In this document: positions 62,023 to 64,000 of the stretch, piece after piece | Position numbering within the stretch: position 1 is the stretch's first letter | Layout of the letters: each line of letters opens with the position of its first letter | Assembly (NCBI GenBank): GCA_030770535.1 | Contig: JASVEC010000020.1 | Span: 186,001 to 250,000, forward strand | Length of the DNA: 64,000 nt | DNA from: Batkoa obscura | Taxonomy: Eukaryota | Direction of reading: 5' to 3' | Notes under the pieces: generated by a model | The model's database searches: none | What the model saw: only the letters and a program-made list of their open reading frames with translations | Told to the model about the DNA's origin: nothing | Translations under genes and position numbers: made by a program

Positions 62023-62119
62023 TGGGGACATATTTTTGTTTAAGAATTTTACTAACAGATTTTCCGTTCAAATAGTGCTTGAAGAATGGAAAAAGTGATA
62101 AAGTCAAAAAACACCCTCA
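62023..62119 (+). mobile_element. MITE family copy
   Basis: TGGGGACATATTTTTGTTTAAGAATTTTACTAAC...AAAAAACACCCTCA. Confidence 0.8.
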
Positions 62120-62543
62120 ATTACTTTTTCAAACTTTTCAGTCCTTAAACAAACCTACCTTTTTCCAAGGCTTACATCTTCTGGAATTTGCCCACCAAAT
62201 GTGATTTCCTACTCCCATATGACCCAAATCAGTTATTCTGATTTCAGTTTACTCTAGATTTTAGATCAAAATTAATATTAATTCCTAAACTACCTATTAG
62301 ATAGTCCAACTCATTTCCTGCATCTTCGCCATTAACTTCTTGGATAGTTACAAAGAGTGGAAGCTATTGAATTACTATGAATTATCATTGCTATTTATTA
62401 AATTTTATTACTTAATAAATTTATGTATTTAATTCAGTACCCATTTTCAAGTTTAAAAAATAAATTCGGAAAATTGCAATATGAAATTGTAAGATTAAAT
62501 TTTGATAGATTTTAAACTTCTTTGTGAATTTTTTGCTTAAAAA

Positions 62544-64000
62544 ATGGAGCCAGAAAATAATCAAGAGTATTTGGAAAGAACAAAAGCGTTATATAGTACA
62601 GTAAAATCAGTAGCACAAAGCAGTGCCAACTTCAATGACCCCAATGTACTTTTTGGTCTACAATTGGACCCAGAAGGCCTGGGCCTAAGGTTATACCAGA
62701 ATGTTAACAGATTATTACAGATTAGTAATAGATTATTAGTCAACCAAGGGTTGAGCAACATCAAAAGTTTAAGTGAAGAAGATCTCTATGTTTCCAACTT
62801 TGAAAAGATTGTAGAAGTTCTTGATAATAGCTATGATAGAGTGGTATTTTTATTACTATCATTATTAGTATTTGTTGATTAAATAATTTAGAATACAGAA
62901 CTTGATAGCCTGAAAAAATCAAAAAAGGCCAAGTTACAGGGTGAAAAGAATGGTGATAACAGTGAAGTATCATACATTACCAATGTTGATAAGGTAATCC
63001 AATTATGAACTTAAAGACTATAACTAATTTTATTTTTTTCAACTATTAAAGGCAAATTTAGGCAATATAGAAAATAAACATCAAGATTCCTTTTCCTTAC
63101 TTGTTGGCAAAAATGTTACAAGGCCACAAACTAAATTCAACGAAAAACTATCTACCGACCAATACGCCCAATTTGTATCCTTAGTGTATAGACTTGGTAT
63201 CAAGTATCATGCCATGAAACCATTAACTAAAAGTATTTTTATATATATTTGTATTTAAGTCATTAATCATTTTTAGCTGAACTTGAACTTTGTAAAGGGA
63301 AAAAAAGTGTTGATATTGATTATACTTCAGCTTCAAAGTAAGATTTAACTCGATTTTATTTTATCTTCTATAATTATTTCTATTAGCCTTCCTAACCCTT
63401 ATGAATTTGAAATCAACAACATCTCTTACCCAGAGCATATGACCAAACCCTCAGAACCAACTATGCCAAAGTCATTACAAGAAACCAAATATAAAGTTAT
63501 AAAAGAACAAAGTGAGCTTGAAGAATTAATTAAAGAGTTAGAAAAAGAACAAATAATTGCAGTGGATCTTGAGCATCATGATTATCGTAGTTACCATGGT
63601 TTTGTTTGTTTGATGCAATTGTCAACAAGCGATTGTGACTACATCATTGACACTTTAGAATTAAGAAAAGAGCTATTTGAGCTTAATAGAATATTTGCTA
63701 ATCCTAATATTGTCAAAGTAATAGACCTATTGTTTAATTTATATTTTTAATTAATCTTGACAGGTATTCCATGGTGCTGACCAAGATATTATTTGGTTAC
63801 AAAGGGATTTTGGTATTTATGTTGTCAATATGTTTGATACTTATCATGCTTCATGTGCTTTGCAATTGGAAAAAAAGTCGCTAGCTTATTTACTTAAAAA
63901 GTATGTAAACTTTGACGCAAATAAAGCATTCCAATTAGCGGATTGGCGAGTAAGGCCGCTTCCAAAACCAATGTTAGACTATGCCAAATCCGACACTCAT
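62544..64000 (+). CDS. RRP6: Nuclear exosome 3'-5' exonuclease (partial, runs off the window)
   Basis: [90 protein letters not shown]. Confidence 0.96.

Overview
Very AT-rich, intron-rich eukaryotic DNA (standard code, short GT-AG introns). It is fungal, since it carries CHS7 and AKR1; an early-diverging lineage such as Entomophthoromycotina is a guess. Housekeeping genes: R3H-SUZ protein (partial), tRNA-Val(TAC), SDF2-like, SFT2-like, TRM6/GCD10, calnexin, AKR1, two F-box-like genes, CHS7, class 3 lipase, seryl-tRNA synthetase, a thioredoxin-SHP-UBX fusion, a possible vezatin-like gene, POT1, HSF1, TSPO and RRP6 (partial). Repeats: about 18 copies of a ~100-bp TA-targeting MITE and two related solo LTRs. 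The main unexplained structure spans ~24-57 kb. It is a repeated head-to-head gene cassette made of a large secreted Thr/Ser-repeat protein with Tyr/Gly-rich ends and no GPI/TM tail, plus a 52-53 aa secreted peptide missed by the ORF track that looks like a free copy of the large protein's Cys-closed N-terminal module. There are three intact cassettes and one decayed one. Together with an 8-repeat Cys-rich secreted protein and its pseudogene they form an old inverted (mirror) arrangement around a block of housekeeping genes, and the two outer cassettes are nearly identical. All exon structures and alignments were read by eye.
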